64,000 nt of DNA. Source: Nitrospirales bacterium (lineage in GTDB: Bacteria > Nitrospirota > Nitrospiria > Nitrospirales > UBA8639). Made by a program: the position numbers and the translations under genes. The notes under the pieces were generated by a model. That model worked only from the letters and a program-made list of their open reading frames with translations, was not told the origin of the DNA and did no database searches. The stretch covers positions 256,001-320,000 of the forward strand of contig OY729426.1 in NCBI GenBank assembly GCA_963422365.1, given 5' to 3'. Of this stretch, positions 1 through 10,772 are shown in pieces. Within the stretch, counting starts at the first letter, position 1. The number at the start of each line of letters is the position of its first letter.

Positions 1-1437
1 GGAAGCGATCTTCAACATCCGTCCGGCTCGAATCAAACTGCTTCGTAAATTATTTAAGATCTTCAGATCCTGCACCGATACCTGAAATCGTTGGGCAATG
101 CTCCAGAGGCTGTCGCCGCGCCGCACACGATACCACCGTACCTCACCACCAATCTCCGTGACATCTTCGTGGATGCGCAACCGCTGTCCAACCTTGATTA
201 AACTCCCTGAGAGACCATTGAGACTTTTTAATTGCCTGACGCTCGTCCCGAAGCGATGCGCAATGACCGACAAATTGTCTCCCCGCCGCACACGATGCCA
301 CGTGATCTGAGACGGGGGTTGCGTCCACTTCTTCATTTGGGATTTGGCCTGCTCCACCTGCTCTCCCATTCCCACGGGGACCTTTAAATAATAGCCATCT
401 TGATCCGGTGGAATGATGCTGCGCCGGAGTTCAGGATTTAACCGCCGAAGCTCTTGAAAAGGAATCCCCGTCTCTTTGGCGACGGATCGCAAATGAACGG
501 ACATGTTCATGCGAATCTCTTCGTATTGATGAACCGCTTGAGAATGGGAGTAAAAGCCAAACAACGCAGGACGTGTCGCGATAATCCTGGCTGCCATAAA
601 TTTGGGAACGTATTGCCGTGTTTCCCGACGGATAAAGCGCGTCCGAGCGATTTTCCAGAAATCCCGGGTCCCTGTTTTTTGAATCGCACGACTGATTTTC
701 CCGGCACCGGCATTATATGCCGCGAGGGCCAAGGGCCATGAGCCGAAACGGTCATAGAGATCTCGCAAGTGTTGGGCTGCCGCAACCGTGGATTTCATGG
801 GGTCCCGACGTTCATCGACGTACCAATTGACCGTCAACCCATACATCTGGCCCGTGCTTTTGATAAATTGCCAAGGACCTGACGCGCGCGCGCGCGAATA
901 CGCCCTTGGGTTAAACCCACTTTCGACTAACGACAGGTAAATCAATTCCTGCGGCAGTCCCAACTCAACAAAGATCTGCTCGAGTCTCGGCTGGTATCGG
1001 TGAAATCGAGTTAACCATGCTTGGAAGCGGTCAGGAATAACGGTTTGAAAGTAGTGAATATTGCGTTCGACCTCAGGATTGACGATAACGGGAATATCGT
1101 CATACAGGATCGCGGCTTCAGCTTCCCCTTCACGTGAGGGTGCCGCCAACACATTCCCATCACGCCATTCTGATGGCTTGGCAAGGGAGGAAGAATCTCT
1201 GTTTGCTTGACGAGTAGGGGAATCAGATTGCTGGACGGGGAAATACACAAGACCCGTTTGGCTCGCAAGCAGGGCCAGCTCAGACGAACCCGCGGCATTG
1301 AGCGGTTGTTGTGTTCCGGAAGCAACAACTTCGCCGGCGATAAAGAAAAACCCTGAGAGACAGAACAGGCAGAACATAGAGACAACCTGAGCAGGTTTTG
1401 AAGACCCTTCTCTCTCGAACCAGTTAATTTTCCTCAT
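1..1437 (-). CDS. mltD: LysM-containing lytic murein transglycosylase (MltD-like), runs off window start
   Basis: Manual translation from ATG at 1437 is open to base 1. SLT motifs YLSLVESGFNPRAYS, GPWQF and ALAAYNAG, then two LysM repeats (HRVRRGDNLSVIA, YRVRRGDSLWSIA). Confidence 0.85.
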   Translation of the reverse strand, partial: MRKINWFEREGSSKPAQVVSMFCLFCLSGFFFIAGEVVASGTQQPLNAAGSSELALLASQTGLVYFPVQQSDSPTRQANRDSSSLAKPSEWRDGNVLAAPSREGEAEAAILYDDIPVIVNPEVERNIHYFQTVIPDRFQAWLTRFHRYQPRLEQIFVELGLPQELIYLSLVESGFNPRAYSRARASGPWQFIKSTGQMYGLTVNWYVDERRDPMKSTVAAAQHLRDLYDRFGSWPLALAAYNAGAGKISRAIQKTGTRDFWKIARTRFIRRETRQYVPKFMAARIIATRPALFGFYSHSQAVHQYEEIRMNMSVHLRSVAKETGIPFQELRRLNPELRRSIIPPDQDGYYLKVPVGMGEQVEQAKSQMKKWTQPPSQITWHRVRRGDNLSVIAHRFGTSVRQLKSLNGLSGSLIKVGQRLRIHEDVTEIGGEVRWYRVRRGDSLWSIAQRFQVSVQDLKILNNLRSSLIRAGRMLKIAS

Positions 1438-1735
1438 CTTTTGTTCTGATGTCCCTACTCTATTTTGAGAATCTAACGAGAACGCACGCCTCTGTCAAGA
1501 ATTTAATGTGGATTGTGTCTATCAGACATTATCACTACCGGTTTTTACTGTTATCCCTGCTGTATTTCTCCTTATCATACACACAGGACATGCGTCAGTT
1601 CGAGATATTTGTAGCGGCGCGATCTTATCTCGCGCCTAGCCGGATGAGGCTTGTCTCGGACCGCCTGCCTGTGTCAGGCCGGTGACCAGGGATGGCAGCC
1701 CTATGCTTTGCCGCATACTCGGGTGAGGGCTAACG

Positions 1736-2611
1736 CTACGGCGTCGAAAGAGCAGCAGCACATCGAAACCCAGTCGAATGATTCCGGTCGAGTGGATTAC
1801 TGGCCACCCGGGTAAAAATTCTCACTTGCGGGGTTTCCACTTGCCACCCGGAACTGCGTATAACCCGACGGGTCCCGGTCGCAGGCCCTTGAGGATTCCG
1901 GCGAGGACTTCTGGAATAATACATCGCGTCATACCAATCTGCGACCCACTCCCAGACGTTACCCGCCATATCATAGACCCCGTAGGGGCTTTTGCCTTTC
2001 TCATACATCCCAACTGGCACGAAGGTCTTTTCGCCTTGCCAAGCCTGGTTGAAATTAAGGTGCTGATGCGTTGGTTCGACGTTCCCCCAAGGGAACCGTC
2101 GATCATCGGTCCCTCGCGCAGCCTTCTCCCATTCGGCTTCGGTCGGCAACCGCTTACCTGCCCATTGACAATAGGCATCAGCATCGAACCAATCCACATT
2201 GACTACCGGCAAGGCAACGATGGACTCCGGCATCAATCCCCCTTGCCATACATTTTTCGACGGATCGGTCTGGTGAGACGGCGTTCGATGGCCGGTCGAA
2301 CGAATAAATTCTAAATACAGGCCATTGGTCACTTCATATTTGTCAATGGAATAGGCGTCCAATTCGACTTCGTGATTAGGGTATTCATCCACCCCCCCGT
2401 CCCGAGCCCCTTTGGGCACGCCCATGAAAAACGGGCCGGCCGGAATCACCACCATGAGTGCACCATCCCGACCGATACTCGAAGAGGCCACGTCCGCATA
2501 AGCCCGCTCGATGACAGGCCAAGACACATCGTTCACTCCCATTCCAATGAACGCACACGCGCCGAGAAGCAGCGTCCTCGCGCTCTTCGCCATCGTGGCT
2601 TTCCTTGTCAC
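1736..2611 (-). CDS. FGE-sulfatase (SUMF1/EgtB/PvdO-like) domain protein with N-terminal signal-like segment
   Basis: Motifs PAGPFFMG, RLPTEAEWEKAARG, YDMAGNVWEW, GFRC. Confidence 0.9.
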   Translation of the reverse strand: MTRKATMAKSARTLLLGACAFIGMGVNDVSWPVIERAYADVASSSIGRDGALMVVIPAGPFFMGVPKGARDGGVDEYPNHEVELDAYSIDKYEVTNGLYLEFIRSTGHRTPSHQTDPSKNVWQGGLMPESIVALPVVNVDWFDADAYCQWAGKRLPTEAEWEKAARGTDDRRFPWGNVEPTHQHLNFNQAWQGEKTFVPVGMYEKGKSPYGVYDMAGNVWEWVADWYDAMYYSRSPRRNPQGPATGTRRVIRSSGWQVETPQVRIFTRVASNPLDRNHSTGFRCAAALSTP

Positions 2612-3465
2612 TCCGTACTTTCCTGCTCGGCCCGTCGCAACGCGCGCATCAGCACGGGATCGTTCAACGCCATCTCGCTCAGCGCATCCATGACGTGAAG
2701 GCCTTTGGCTTCCATCAACTCTTTGGCCTTGGCATATTGTTTGGCATTGAAGCGAGCAGCCGTCGGTTGGTTATTAATCACTTGGCACGCAAGGACCCCG
2801 TCTTCAAGGTCCAACGTGCCTCCCTCCTCCATCAACGCCTGCGCCTGCAGGACCGTGATGCCGTGGAGCTCGGCAAATTCCTGGATCCCGCCGGTTTCGA
2901 CCATCGAGCCATCCGGCATCGAACACTTGCGTTTGAAAGAAGGCGACCAGTCTTTACGAAAATCGATATAGCGAAGGTCTCCCCCTTGAGCCACCGACCG
3001 ATCCAGCTTGCTGTAATCAAGCCCGAGATTTTTTTGTTTGAGGCGTCCTTGCAATTCCTCGGAGAGCCCCCGGTAAAATACACATGACACCGCCTCGGCC
3101 AAAGGAATACCCGAAAACCTCGAGATCTGTTCTGCTTGCGCGGTTTGTTCCAAATCCAAGACCCAAGTCTGCTTGGGCTCCTGTCCGGTCGGATCGACCC
3201 TGCACGCAAACAACCCGCGCGTCACCACGCCCCCTGTTTCCGGATACGTATACAGCCCGCCTTCCGTTAACAAACGTTGCATGTCGTCAACCGGAATCTC
3301 ATAACTTTCCCCGAGAACCTTGGCGTGATGCTCGATCTTTTCTTCACCGGCCATGGCGCACACCATGACGTTCCCCGGAGGATCGAAATCCGTGTAATTC
3401 TCCAACACGTTATAGAGTTGTGGCTGTTTGACCGGTTTAAGCGGCCGCTTTTTTATTTTAAACAT
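2608..3465 (-). CDS. hypothetical protein with internal two-fold repeat
   Basis: 285-aa ORF with an upstream AGGGA RBS-like motif; stop overlaps the start of the FGE gene. Confidence 0.75.
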   Translation of the reverse strand: MFKIKKRPLKPVKQPQLYNVLENYTDFDPPGNVMVCAMAGEEKIEHHAKVLGESYEIPVDDMQRLLTEGGLYTYPETGGVVTRGLFACRVDPTGQEPKQTWVLDLEQTAQAEQISRFSGIPLAEAVSCVFYRGLSEELQGRLKQKNLGLDYSKLDRSVAQGGDLRYIDFRKDWSPSFKRKCSMPDGSMVETGGIQEFAELHGITVLQAQALMEEGGTLDLEDGVLACQVINNQPTAARFNAKQYAKAKELMEAKGLHVMDALSEMALNDPVLMRALRRAEQESTE

Positions 3466-3649
3466 GGGGAGTCCCTGTCATTCCCACCCCCGATTAAAAA
3501 CATCGGGGACAGGCTCTTTGCTCTGTGCCATTCCCCATTTGTTAGCAGGAATCCAGCGGATTGAAGCGGAGTTTCCTCCACCAATTGACGGCGTAGCGAT
3601 AAGGTTCATTATTGCCACCCTTCACCCTCAAATGCTAGATCTGCTTGTC

Positions 3650-4252
3650 ATGAGCGCCTCACAACAACTGGCAACCTTGTTCTGGCGATACCATGCCTTT
3701 CAATGGGACCCTCAGCAAGGCTTTGTGCTGGCCTCCGGAGAAACGAGTCCCTATTACGTGGACTGCCGGGCCCTACTCGCGCATCCCGATGCCCGGTGGC
3801 TCGTGGCCCGACTCGCGTGCGAGGTTATCCGCGACCTCTCCATTGATGCAGTGGGTGGCCTGGAGATCGGAGCCATCCCACTGGCAACAGCTATATCCGA
3901 TTATGCCTTTGCGACTCAACCTTCCAGAACCTACGACACCTTCGTCGTTCGCAAACAAGCCAAGGATCATGGACTGGGAAAACGAATCGAAGGCGCAGTC
4001 AAGACCAAGGCCAGCGTGTTGGTCGTCGATGACGTCCTCACGAGCGGCGGGTCGCTCTTACAAGCTCTCCAAGCCGCCAAAGAAGCGCAATTTCATGCCT
4101 CACATGCCCTGGTGATCGTGGACCGGCAAGACCAAGCGGGCAAACAGAAAATCGAAGCGCAAGGGGTGTCCTTGGTGAGTTTACTAACCATGGACGACTT
4201 AAAAGCCGCCCAACCCAAGACAGCATTCACACCAATCCAATCAATCCAATAG
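3650..4252 (+). CDS. pyrE: orotate phosphoribosyltransferase
   Basis: FVLASGETSPYYVD, RKQAKDHG and PRPP-binding VVDDVLTSGGS. Start uncertain (3632 or 3650). Confidence 0.92.
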   Translation: MSASQQLATLFWRYHAFQWDPQQGFVLASGETSPYYVDCRALLAHPDARWLVARLACEVIRDLSIDAVGGLEIGAIPLATAISDYAFATQPSRTYDTFVVRKQAKDHGLGKRIEGAVKTKASVLVVDDVLTSGGSLLQALQAAKEAQFHASHALVIVDRQDQAGKQKIEAQGVSLVSLLTMDDLKAAQPKTAFTPIQSIQ

Positions 4253-4332
4253 CTGAGCAACGTCTTTCCCGTTCCTGGACTCCGTTTATCACACTGCACC
4301 TCCTCTTGTCATCCTGTCCAAAGCACAGAACT

Positions 4333-4400
4333 TGTCACCCTGAGCCATGCAAATGGTCTCGTAGTTACGTGAGAGATTTCTCGCTTCGCTCGAAATGACA
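4333..4400. repeat. short palindromic element (TGTCACCCTGAGC...AGATTTCTCGCTTCGCTCGAAATGACA)
   Basis: TGTCA/TGACA inverted termini in intergenic DNA; resembles widespread REP-like miniature elements. Confidence 0.5.
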
Positions 4401-4419
4401 ATTGTTCTTTTGTCATCCT

Positions 4420-5467
4420 TGTCTGTATTCAGTCATTCATTGACAAGATTCGTTCATGTGTTTGGGGGTTTTCCCCTGCAGAGCCTGAGGCGTCTGACCT
4501 CGTTGAAGTAGAGTACCTATTGCTCTAATTCGTCCTGAAACTCCGACAGCGTGGCAAACAGGGTGCCGTCAATCAGGTCGTCGTTCAAGGTCCGCCAGAA
4601 CCGCTCCACCTTGCCGTTGGTCTGCAGCCGGTAGGGCCGGGTCTACTGATACTTGATCCTTCACTCCAGTAGCATGCGTTCAAACGGCTGCGTGGCGGGC
4701 GGGCTCGGGGCCTCGAACTCAGGCCTGTTGTCACTTAAGACCTCGGCAAACTGGAGTTGATAGTGCCCGTGCAACAGCTTGAAGCTCTTCAACGCACTGA
4801 ACATCACGGTCCAACTCTTCAGATCACTCCCCACCTCGGCCCACGCCAGGTGGAGACAGGCGTCGATCACGCACACCAGATAGGAGCGGGTAGAATCCGA
4901 GGCAAGCAGGTCCTTGCTCAAATGATGGCAGTCGATATGCCCCAATTCGCCTGCTTTGTGCTCGACAATCGGGCGCTTCTGCTGAATCATCTGGGGAGTC
5001 AGGCGATTCAGCCCATGCCGTTGAGTCATCCGATACACCGTGCTCGGGGACGAGGTCAGGTGCTTTGAGGCGTGGCTGTAAGAGTTGGCAAATCTCATAG
5101 CGATTGACTCCCTTCCGCCGGTGCTGCAGCACCTGTTGCTCACTCTACCCGGAGGGGTAGCGACTTTTCCACTTCGGGCCGCGTGGCTAGGGGACCAGCG
5201 CCGAGTCATCGCCCCGCTGGCAGAACCGATGATCATACTTCAAGAACGTTTGCCGGTGGGTCTGATGAAGCTGGTAGAAATCCACCACAAAGCGGAACGT
5301 GTGATGCCCGTTCTGTTTGACCAATTCATACTCCTGGACCAGGAATTTCCACTTCCTGACATCGTGGCGGAGAGGGTCTTGTCATGGGTATTGTGTCACA
5401 TCGGTTCGCCTCTAGAGTAAAGGGGAATCCGCCGCTGATTCTGTCAACGAATGAGTAAACGTTGACA
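4420..5467 (-). mobile_element. IS481-family-like insertion sequence, decayed
   Basis: About 1.05 kb with TGT...ACA ends and imperfect 30-bp inverted repeats. Integrase-core fragments GELGHIDCH, LSDNRPEF and QTNGKVERFWRT. Confidence 0.75.
4450..5401 (-). pseudogene. IS481-type transposase, multiple frameshifts and stops
   Basis: ATG at about 5401 is followed immediately by TGA; rve-like motifs are spread over different frames. Confidence 0.75.
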
Positions 5468-5469
5468 AT

Positions 5470-5611
5470 CCTGAATAAACCCGTATTGATATATGGAAAA
5501 TATTACTTAATGTAATTAATGTATATTTGTACATCACTATATTGGATTAGACACTTAAAATGATATATTAAAATATATTATATTCTAATTTTAATATAGA
5601 TAGAATAGTTC
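5470..5611 (+). promoter_or_regulatory. AT-rich promoter/operator region of hipBA-like module
   Basis: Abrupt AT-rich tract with short inverted repeats (TATTCTA...TAGAATA) before an XRE gene. Confidence 0.4.
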
Positions 5612-6227
5612 ATGAACATGAACTACGCGACTGAACATATAGCCAATAAGCTGAGGATCACCCGTGAAGCCAAAGGCCTCAGCCAGCGAGAGTTAAGCGC
5701 TAAATCAGGCGTACCGCAGAGCCATATTTCGAAGATCGAGAACGGCGCTGTCGATCTCAGAGCTTCAAGCCTGGTCGCGCTTGCCCGTGCCCTTGATCTG
5801 GAAGCTGATCCTCGTGCCCAGCAAGTCCTTTTCAGCGGTTCAGTCAATTGCAAACAGCACCACAGCCAATGCCGTGCAGCATGGCAAGGCCGTCCATCAG
5901 GCCCAAATGGAGTTGGTACGTCTGCAAAACGCGATCAGCAATCTGCCAACCGACCTTTTGACGAAAATTAAAGAACTAGCGCAGTTTCAGCGTCAGGTGC
6001 GCGAGCTTTCGTACTTTCGGCCTACCCTACTAGAAATCCAGACAATCCGGGATGCCAATCAGGCAGTCAAGGCGTTCTTGCACAACACCTACGATCGGAG
6101 CGCTCTGCGCCAATCCCTGTCCCGGCTTGAGGAGCTGCGTAATGCGCTCGCGCATGGCCGGATCGCGGGCGACGAAACCGAGTCTGTGCGCCCGGCCTAC
6201 AGCCTCAAAGAGGATGATCATGGCTGA
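5612..6227 (+). pseudogene. hipB: XRE-family HTH antitoxin (HipB-like, C-terminally extended), frameshifted
   Basis: HTH GLSQRELSAKSGVPQSHISKIENG. One extra base near 5802 shifts LDLE into LILVPSK... Confidence 0.7.
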
Positions 6228-7447
6228 GGTGAATGTCCTCGATGTCCTGCTTTACGACGAGCCGATTGGCATGCTCACCCATGTCGACGGTGACCGGACG
6301 CTTTTTGCCTTCAAGGATGCCTACATCGCGGATGAGAAGCGGCCCGTGCTCGGATTGGGCTTCAAGGATCAGCTCGGTGCACTGATCAGCGCCTTCAGGC
6401 CTACCCAGACACGAGTCATGCCGTTCTTCTCGAATTTGCTGCCCGAGGGGCATATGCGTACCTATCTTGCTGAGCGCGCAGGCGTGAAACCTGTACGTGA
6501 GTTTTTTCTGCTCTGGGTGCTCGGCATGGATCTGCCAGACGCTATCACGATCAGGGCGAGAGATGGCGAAGCATGGCCACCCGATGATTATGGTGCGACC
6601 GGTGATGGTGGTCATGATGATGATCGCCGCGATAACGCCCTACGTTTTTCTTTGGCTGGTGTGCAGCTCAAATTTTCAGCCTTAGACAAGGCCGGTAGCG
6701 GGCTGACCATCCCGGGTCAGGGGCATCGGCGGCTCGTGGATCGTCAAGCTGCCTTCGCGCGAATTTGCAGGAGTCCCAGAGAATGAATTCTCGATGATGA
6801 CCCTGGCCCGGCTGATTGGTATGGATGTGCCTACGATGCAACTTATCGATATCGATGCCATCTGGAATCTACCGGACGGTATCGGTACTCTTAACGGGCA
6901 GGCGCTTGCAATCGAGCGCTTCGACCGTTTACCGGACGGCGGTGTCGTTCACATCGAGGATTTCGCGCAGCTATTCGGTGTCCATCCCGAGAAAAAGTAC
7001 GAGAACGCCAGCGCCCGTAGTATCGGCAGGGTCATCGGCGCCGAGAGCAGCGAAGCGGACATTGCCGAGTTTATCCGCCAGCTAACCTTCAACACGCTTA
7101 TCGGCAATGCCGACATGCATTTAAAGAACTGGGCGCTGATCTACCCGGACCGGCGGCATGCCGCCTTGGCGCCAGCCTATGACTTTGTTCCCACGATCGT
7201 CTACATCACGGATGGCAAGGCTGCTCTGACTTTCAGCCGGACCAAACGCTTTTCTGAATTTCCAGAAGATGAGCTGTCCCATCTTGCCGCCAAGGCCCTG
7301 CTGCCAGAAAGGCTCGTTCTCGATACAGCCCGTGAAACCGTCGCACTGTTTCACCAGCACTGGCAGGCCGAAAAAACGAACCTTCCGTTTGCCACCGAAG
7401 TGGTACAGGCCGTTGAGGCTCATCTGAAGACCGTCCCTATCGCTTGA
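6220..7447 (+). pseudogene. hipA: HipA kinase toxin, frameshifted
   Basis: PFFSNLLPEG, FSLAGVQLKFS, IERFDR, HIEDFAQ, NADMHLKNW, LAPAYD. Extra G near 6714. Confidence 0.85.
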
Positions 7448-8057
7448 GCACACCATTACTGTTAGCCCTTATTTTATAGAACCGGTAGCAGGGCGCTGCA
7501 AAGAATCCGGTTCACAGTACTCCAGAGAGGGAAGGGTCGGCAGACTATTACAGACCTTCTGAGCGGTTGTCATCTGTTGCCATTCGGCCCATTCAAAAAC
7601 CCAGACTTTGAAAAGAGGCAGATCTCCTCTCATTTTCAGGCCCGCGGCTGCTGTTTTTGTCAAGAATTGCTGCTTTTTCCCCTTCATCAGGCCAGCGGTG
7701 AAATTTGAGAATAATACCTTTTGCCTGAAGGCTTTCCTAGTCAACCGCAGGAACAGATTCCAGTTTTTTTTGTTTCAGATGCAGGCCGTTGCAAATACGA
7801 AGACTCTGCTAATACAAGACTGTTTTTACTGGCATCGTCTTTCAATGGAAATGTTGTTCCACTGGCAACATAGACTATCAAGAAACAACAAAAAAGCTGA
7901 AGTCTTCAAACTCATAATCCGAAGGTCGTAGGCGCGACCGTGGTGCCAGTGGCGCCGTGATGGACAAGGATGCCGAACTGCAGGGTCTTTTCTGGAAGGT
8001 TTTCGATGATGCCGCTGTCCTGGAAAGGTGACGACTCCCTGGTCAGCAACTGACCGT

Positions 8058-8492
8058 TCACCGGCCAACGGTCTCTACGCCCTCACCGCCGAAGCGTGTC
8101 GCGCAATAGCCGATAATGAGCCCGGCGACAGCGCCGTCGGCCACGAACCAGAATGGCGAACTGAGGAAACCATCCGGGCCGAACATGGCCGCCAGCAACC
8201 GTTTCATCGTGTCGTAGGCGAAGAATGTCAGGACAAAATTCATCCAGGCTCCAAGAAACGGGGCGCGAACCCACCAAGGCATGGGCAGCTTCAAAACGGG
8301 GTGCCAAGTGAACACACCGAACATCCCGATGATCGCTCCCAGCGTGGTGTACCAAAGCAAGATTCCCCATCGGATCAGCCAGCCTGCTTCGGGCACAAAC
8401 CAAGGGAGACAAACAAAGCCCGTGAGGCCCATCAGGAAGCCGATGGCCTTTCCGATGGCGATTCGGGGAATTAACAATGGATTACCAAACAT
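8058..8492 (-). CDS. small integral membrane protein (about 4 TM)
   Basis: 144-aa hydrophobic ORF MFGNPLLIPRIAIGK... preceded by GAGG. Confidence 0.75.
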   Translation of the reverse strand: MFGNPLLIPRIAIGKAIGFLMGLTGFVCLPWFVPEAGWLIRWGILLWYTTLGAIIGMFGVFTWHPVLKLPMPWWVRAPFLGAWMNFVLTFFAYDTMKRLLAAMFGPDGFLSSPFWFVADGAVAGLIIGYCATRFGGEGVETVGR

Positions 8493-8565
8493 CCTCGCAC
8501 CCCATTTTGCGGCATGGCTACTGTATGAACAGTACATTTTAGCATCTATGCGCTTGCCTGTGTTG

Positions 8566-8865
8566 TTAGTCCTTAGGATGTTTGTAGAACGCCACGAAAA
8601 ATTTGGCGTCCTCAGACAAACGCACATAATGAACTTCTTCCGGCAAGATGACGAACGTCTCTCCCAATGGAATGACCGCAAACGGCGCATCGTCTCCTTG
8701 CCGGAAATAGCTCACCGTACCGGCCTCAACCGTGAGAAGCCCCCATGTTCCGGCTTGCAAATCATGATGATTCAGGAGCTTGTCGGGCACGGTTTCGTTC
8801 GTGAACAAAGGGGTCCTTCCATGCGACTCTCCATCGTCTGGCAAGTCACGCTGTTCAGTCATCAT
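8566..8865 (-). CDS. DUF1971/YeaR-like (TehB N-terminal-like) cupin
   Basis: RTPLFTNETVPDKLLNHH..AGTWGLL..PEEVHYV pattern. Confidence 0.75.
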   Translation of the reverse strand: MMTEQRDLPDDGESHGRTPLFTNETVPDKLLNHHDLQAGTWGLLTVEAGTVSYFRQGDDAPFAVIPLGETFVILPEEVHYVRLSEDAKFFVAFYKHPKD

Positions 8866-8960
8866 GCAGCCTCCATCTCAAGCAACTTTTTAGCCCTTCA
8901 TTGTGATTGACTCGGGCTTCAATCGCATAACAGATTATCAAACTGGCCTAGGGCAAAGGG

Positions 8961-9284
8961 TCACTTCGCACATTGAAACTGAATGCCCCACCAGTCTTCA
9001 GTCATCACTTCTGTTCCACCCATGCCCTCGACCACTCGTTGCCGGCCTTTTGTTTTTCCTTCTTTGAGCACCCGATACGGGCCACGACAAAATTTGCGAA
9101 TTTTTTCAAACGCCTCTACGCGCTTGAGTGAGCGTAGGTGTCCATCCTTTCCTTTGTAGACGTACCTGGCAACCCCGGATTCCGGGCTCTCTCGAATGAC
9201 CTGCACACCGCCGCCACACCCATAAAGTCCCATCACGACAATGAGAGACGCTCCTGCTCTTGACCAAATTCCAAAAGTAGGCAT
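8961..9284 (-). CDS. putative lipoprotein
   Basis: Hydrophobic leader with lipobox-like LYGC; two further Cys. Confidence 0.65.
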   Translation of the reverse strand: MPTFGIWSRAGASLIVVMGLYGCGGGVQVIRESPESGVARYVYKGKDGHLRSLKRVEAFEKIRKFCRGPYRVLKEGKTKGRQRVVEGMGGTEVMTEDWWGIQFQCAK

Positions 9285-9312
9285 AGGATATTGTAAACGC
9301 AAAAATTGCTTC

Positions 9313-9792
9313 ATGAAGTCGTTCCTGATTCTCCTCCATACTTTTCCGACAGGGAGGTTATGTCTGACGATCCAGACAATCCTTACGGGCCTCATTGGTC
9401 TCTCACTCGGGTTGGTCATGTTCGACAGTTCCGTCTCGGCCCAACAAACGTATGTTCTGACCGTCAAGGAGTTGAACCAAGGACTCCAAAAAGCCACAAA
9501 CCTCCAGCAGAAAGGATTTTTTCTTATTGATGTCCGCACCAGCGATGAACATACGACAGGCTTCATTCCCGGCACGGATCGCAATATTGATTTTCGGGAG
9601 ATTGGCCGCCGCCACGTGGAAATCGGCGCCAAGTTCGATGATCATATTATCGTGTATTGTCAATCCGGCCACCGAAGTAACATCGCCGCCGAAACGCTGG
9701 CAGGGCTCGGGTACCAATATGTATATAATGTCGCGGGCAGCATGAATGCTTGGAACGAGGCAGGGTATCCTGTCGACTTTCCTCGGCAATGA
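9313..9792 (+). CDS. rhodanese-like domain protein, exported or membrane-anchored
   Basis: LIDVRT, VYCQSGHRS, GSMNAW. Start uncertain. Confidence 0.88.
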   Translation: MKSFLILLHTFPTGRLCLTIQTILTGLIGLSLGLVMFDSSVSAQQTYVLTVKELNQGLQKATNLQQKGFFLIDVRTSDEHTTGFIPGTDRNIDFREIGRRHVEIGAKFDDHIIVYCQSGHRSNIAAETLAGLGYQYVYNVAGSMNAWNEAGYPVDFPRQ

Positions 9793-9796
9793 GCGT

Positions 9797-9889
9797 TGTA
9801 CTCCGGGAATGTTTCCGGCTGCAATAAGATGCGGCCCTACTACAGCCTAGGCTGCGCTTTCTCCGCAGCATACGATGCTGCCCCTACGG
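9797..9889. repeat. GTAG/CTAC-type REP-like repeats (two units)
   Basis: GATGCGGCCCTAC and GATGCTGCCCCTACGG are shared with units at 16857 and 37721-37849. Confidence 0.6.
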
Positions 9890-10759
9890 TACGGGATGTT
9901 GATTCGCTTCAAGGTCACTTCTCGACGTTGATTCTTCCTCTCTGATTTCCGAAAAAATCCGGTCAAACTCCACGTGCAGTTCTCGAAAGGCTTCGAGCAG
10001 CGTCGGGTCGAAATGCTGAGGTTGGGTTCGATCACTTCCATTGAAGATAATGTCACACGCGTTCTGATGCGATAAGGCCGGTTTATACGGTCGCACGCTC
10101 CGAAGCGCATCATAGGTATCCCCCAACATGACCATGCGTCCGCCTAAGGGAATGGCCTCGCCTTTCAACCCTTGCGGGTAGCCACTCCCGTCCCATCGTT
10201 CATGATGCGTGAGGGCGATATCTCGTGCCGCCTGAAGTAACAACGACGGGGAACCGGTTAACAAATTGGCCCCCAGGATCGGGTGCTGTTTGACGATTTC
10301 CCATTCCTGTTCATCCAACGGCCCTTGTTTTTGCATGATCCTGTCAGGAATCGCGACCTTCCCCACGTCATGCATGGGAGCCACATCGAAAATCAGTTGT
10401 GCGTCATGCTCATCGAGTCCGATGCACAGCGCCAGGATTTTACTATAGTGACTCAGGCGCTGAATGTGCGCGCCGGTCTCTTCGTCTTTATACCGAGAGG
10501 CCAGGGTCAGGCGAACCACCGTATCGGCATAGGCTTTTTCGAGTTCCCGTGTTTTTTGTCGCTGAGCGGTATAGGCCGCCTTCAGGTCTTGAGCATAGGC
10601 CTGCAATTGCTGATTCGTCGTTTCCAGTGTGTGTGATTTTTTCTGTTCACGAACCAAGAGGGCTTTCAAATCTTTGGCATACAGGACAAGTTGTGACTTG
10701 GCCGAACGAAGTTGTTTATTCAGATCATCATCCGGGACGAAATCCTGGGAGCGTGTCAT
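9884..10759 (-). CDS. HD-GYP domain cyclic dinucleotide phosphodiesterase with N-terminal coiled coil
   Basis: ETGAH, HDVGK, HHERWDGSGYP, DTYDAL..RPYK. Confidence 0.92.
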   Translation of the reverse strand: MTRSQDFVPDDDLNKQLRSAKSQLVLYAKDLKALLVREQKKSHTLETTNQQLQAYAQDLKAAYTAQRQKTRELEKAYADTVVRLTLASRYKDEETGAHIQRLSHYSKILALCIGLDEHDAQLIFDVAPMHDVGKVAIPDRIMQKQGPLDEQEWEIVKQHPILGANLLTGSPSLLLQAARDIALTHHERWDGSGYPQGLKGEAIPLGGRMVMLGDTYDALRSVRPYKPALSHQNACDIIFNGSDRTQPQHFDPTLLEAFRELHVEFDRIFSEIREEESTSRSDLEANQHPVP

Positions 10760-10772
10760 GGGCAACCAAGGG

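Noticed and set aside
883..896. (CG)n dinucleotide run
   Set aside because: Encodes the SRARAS segment of the transglycosylase motif in frame; not a contingency repeat.
1011..1385. 124-aa ORF suggesting the transglycosylase is split
   Set aside because: Alternative frame; the real frame is open from 1437 off the window start.
7469..7931. Lower-GC stretch with short ORFs on both strands
   Set aside because: No identifiable motif; probably a decayed fragment.
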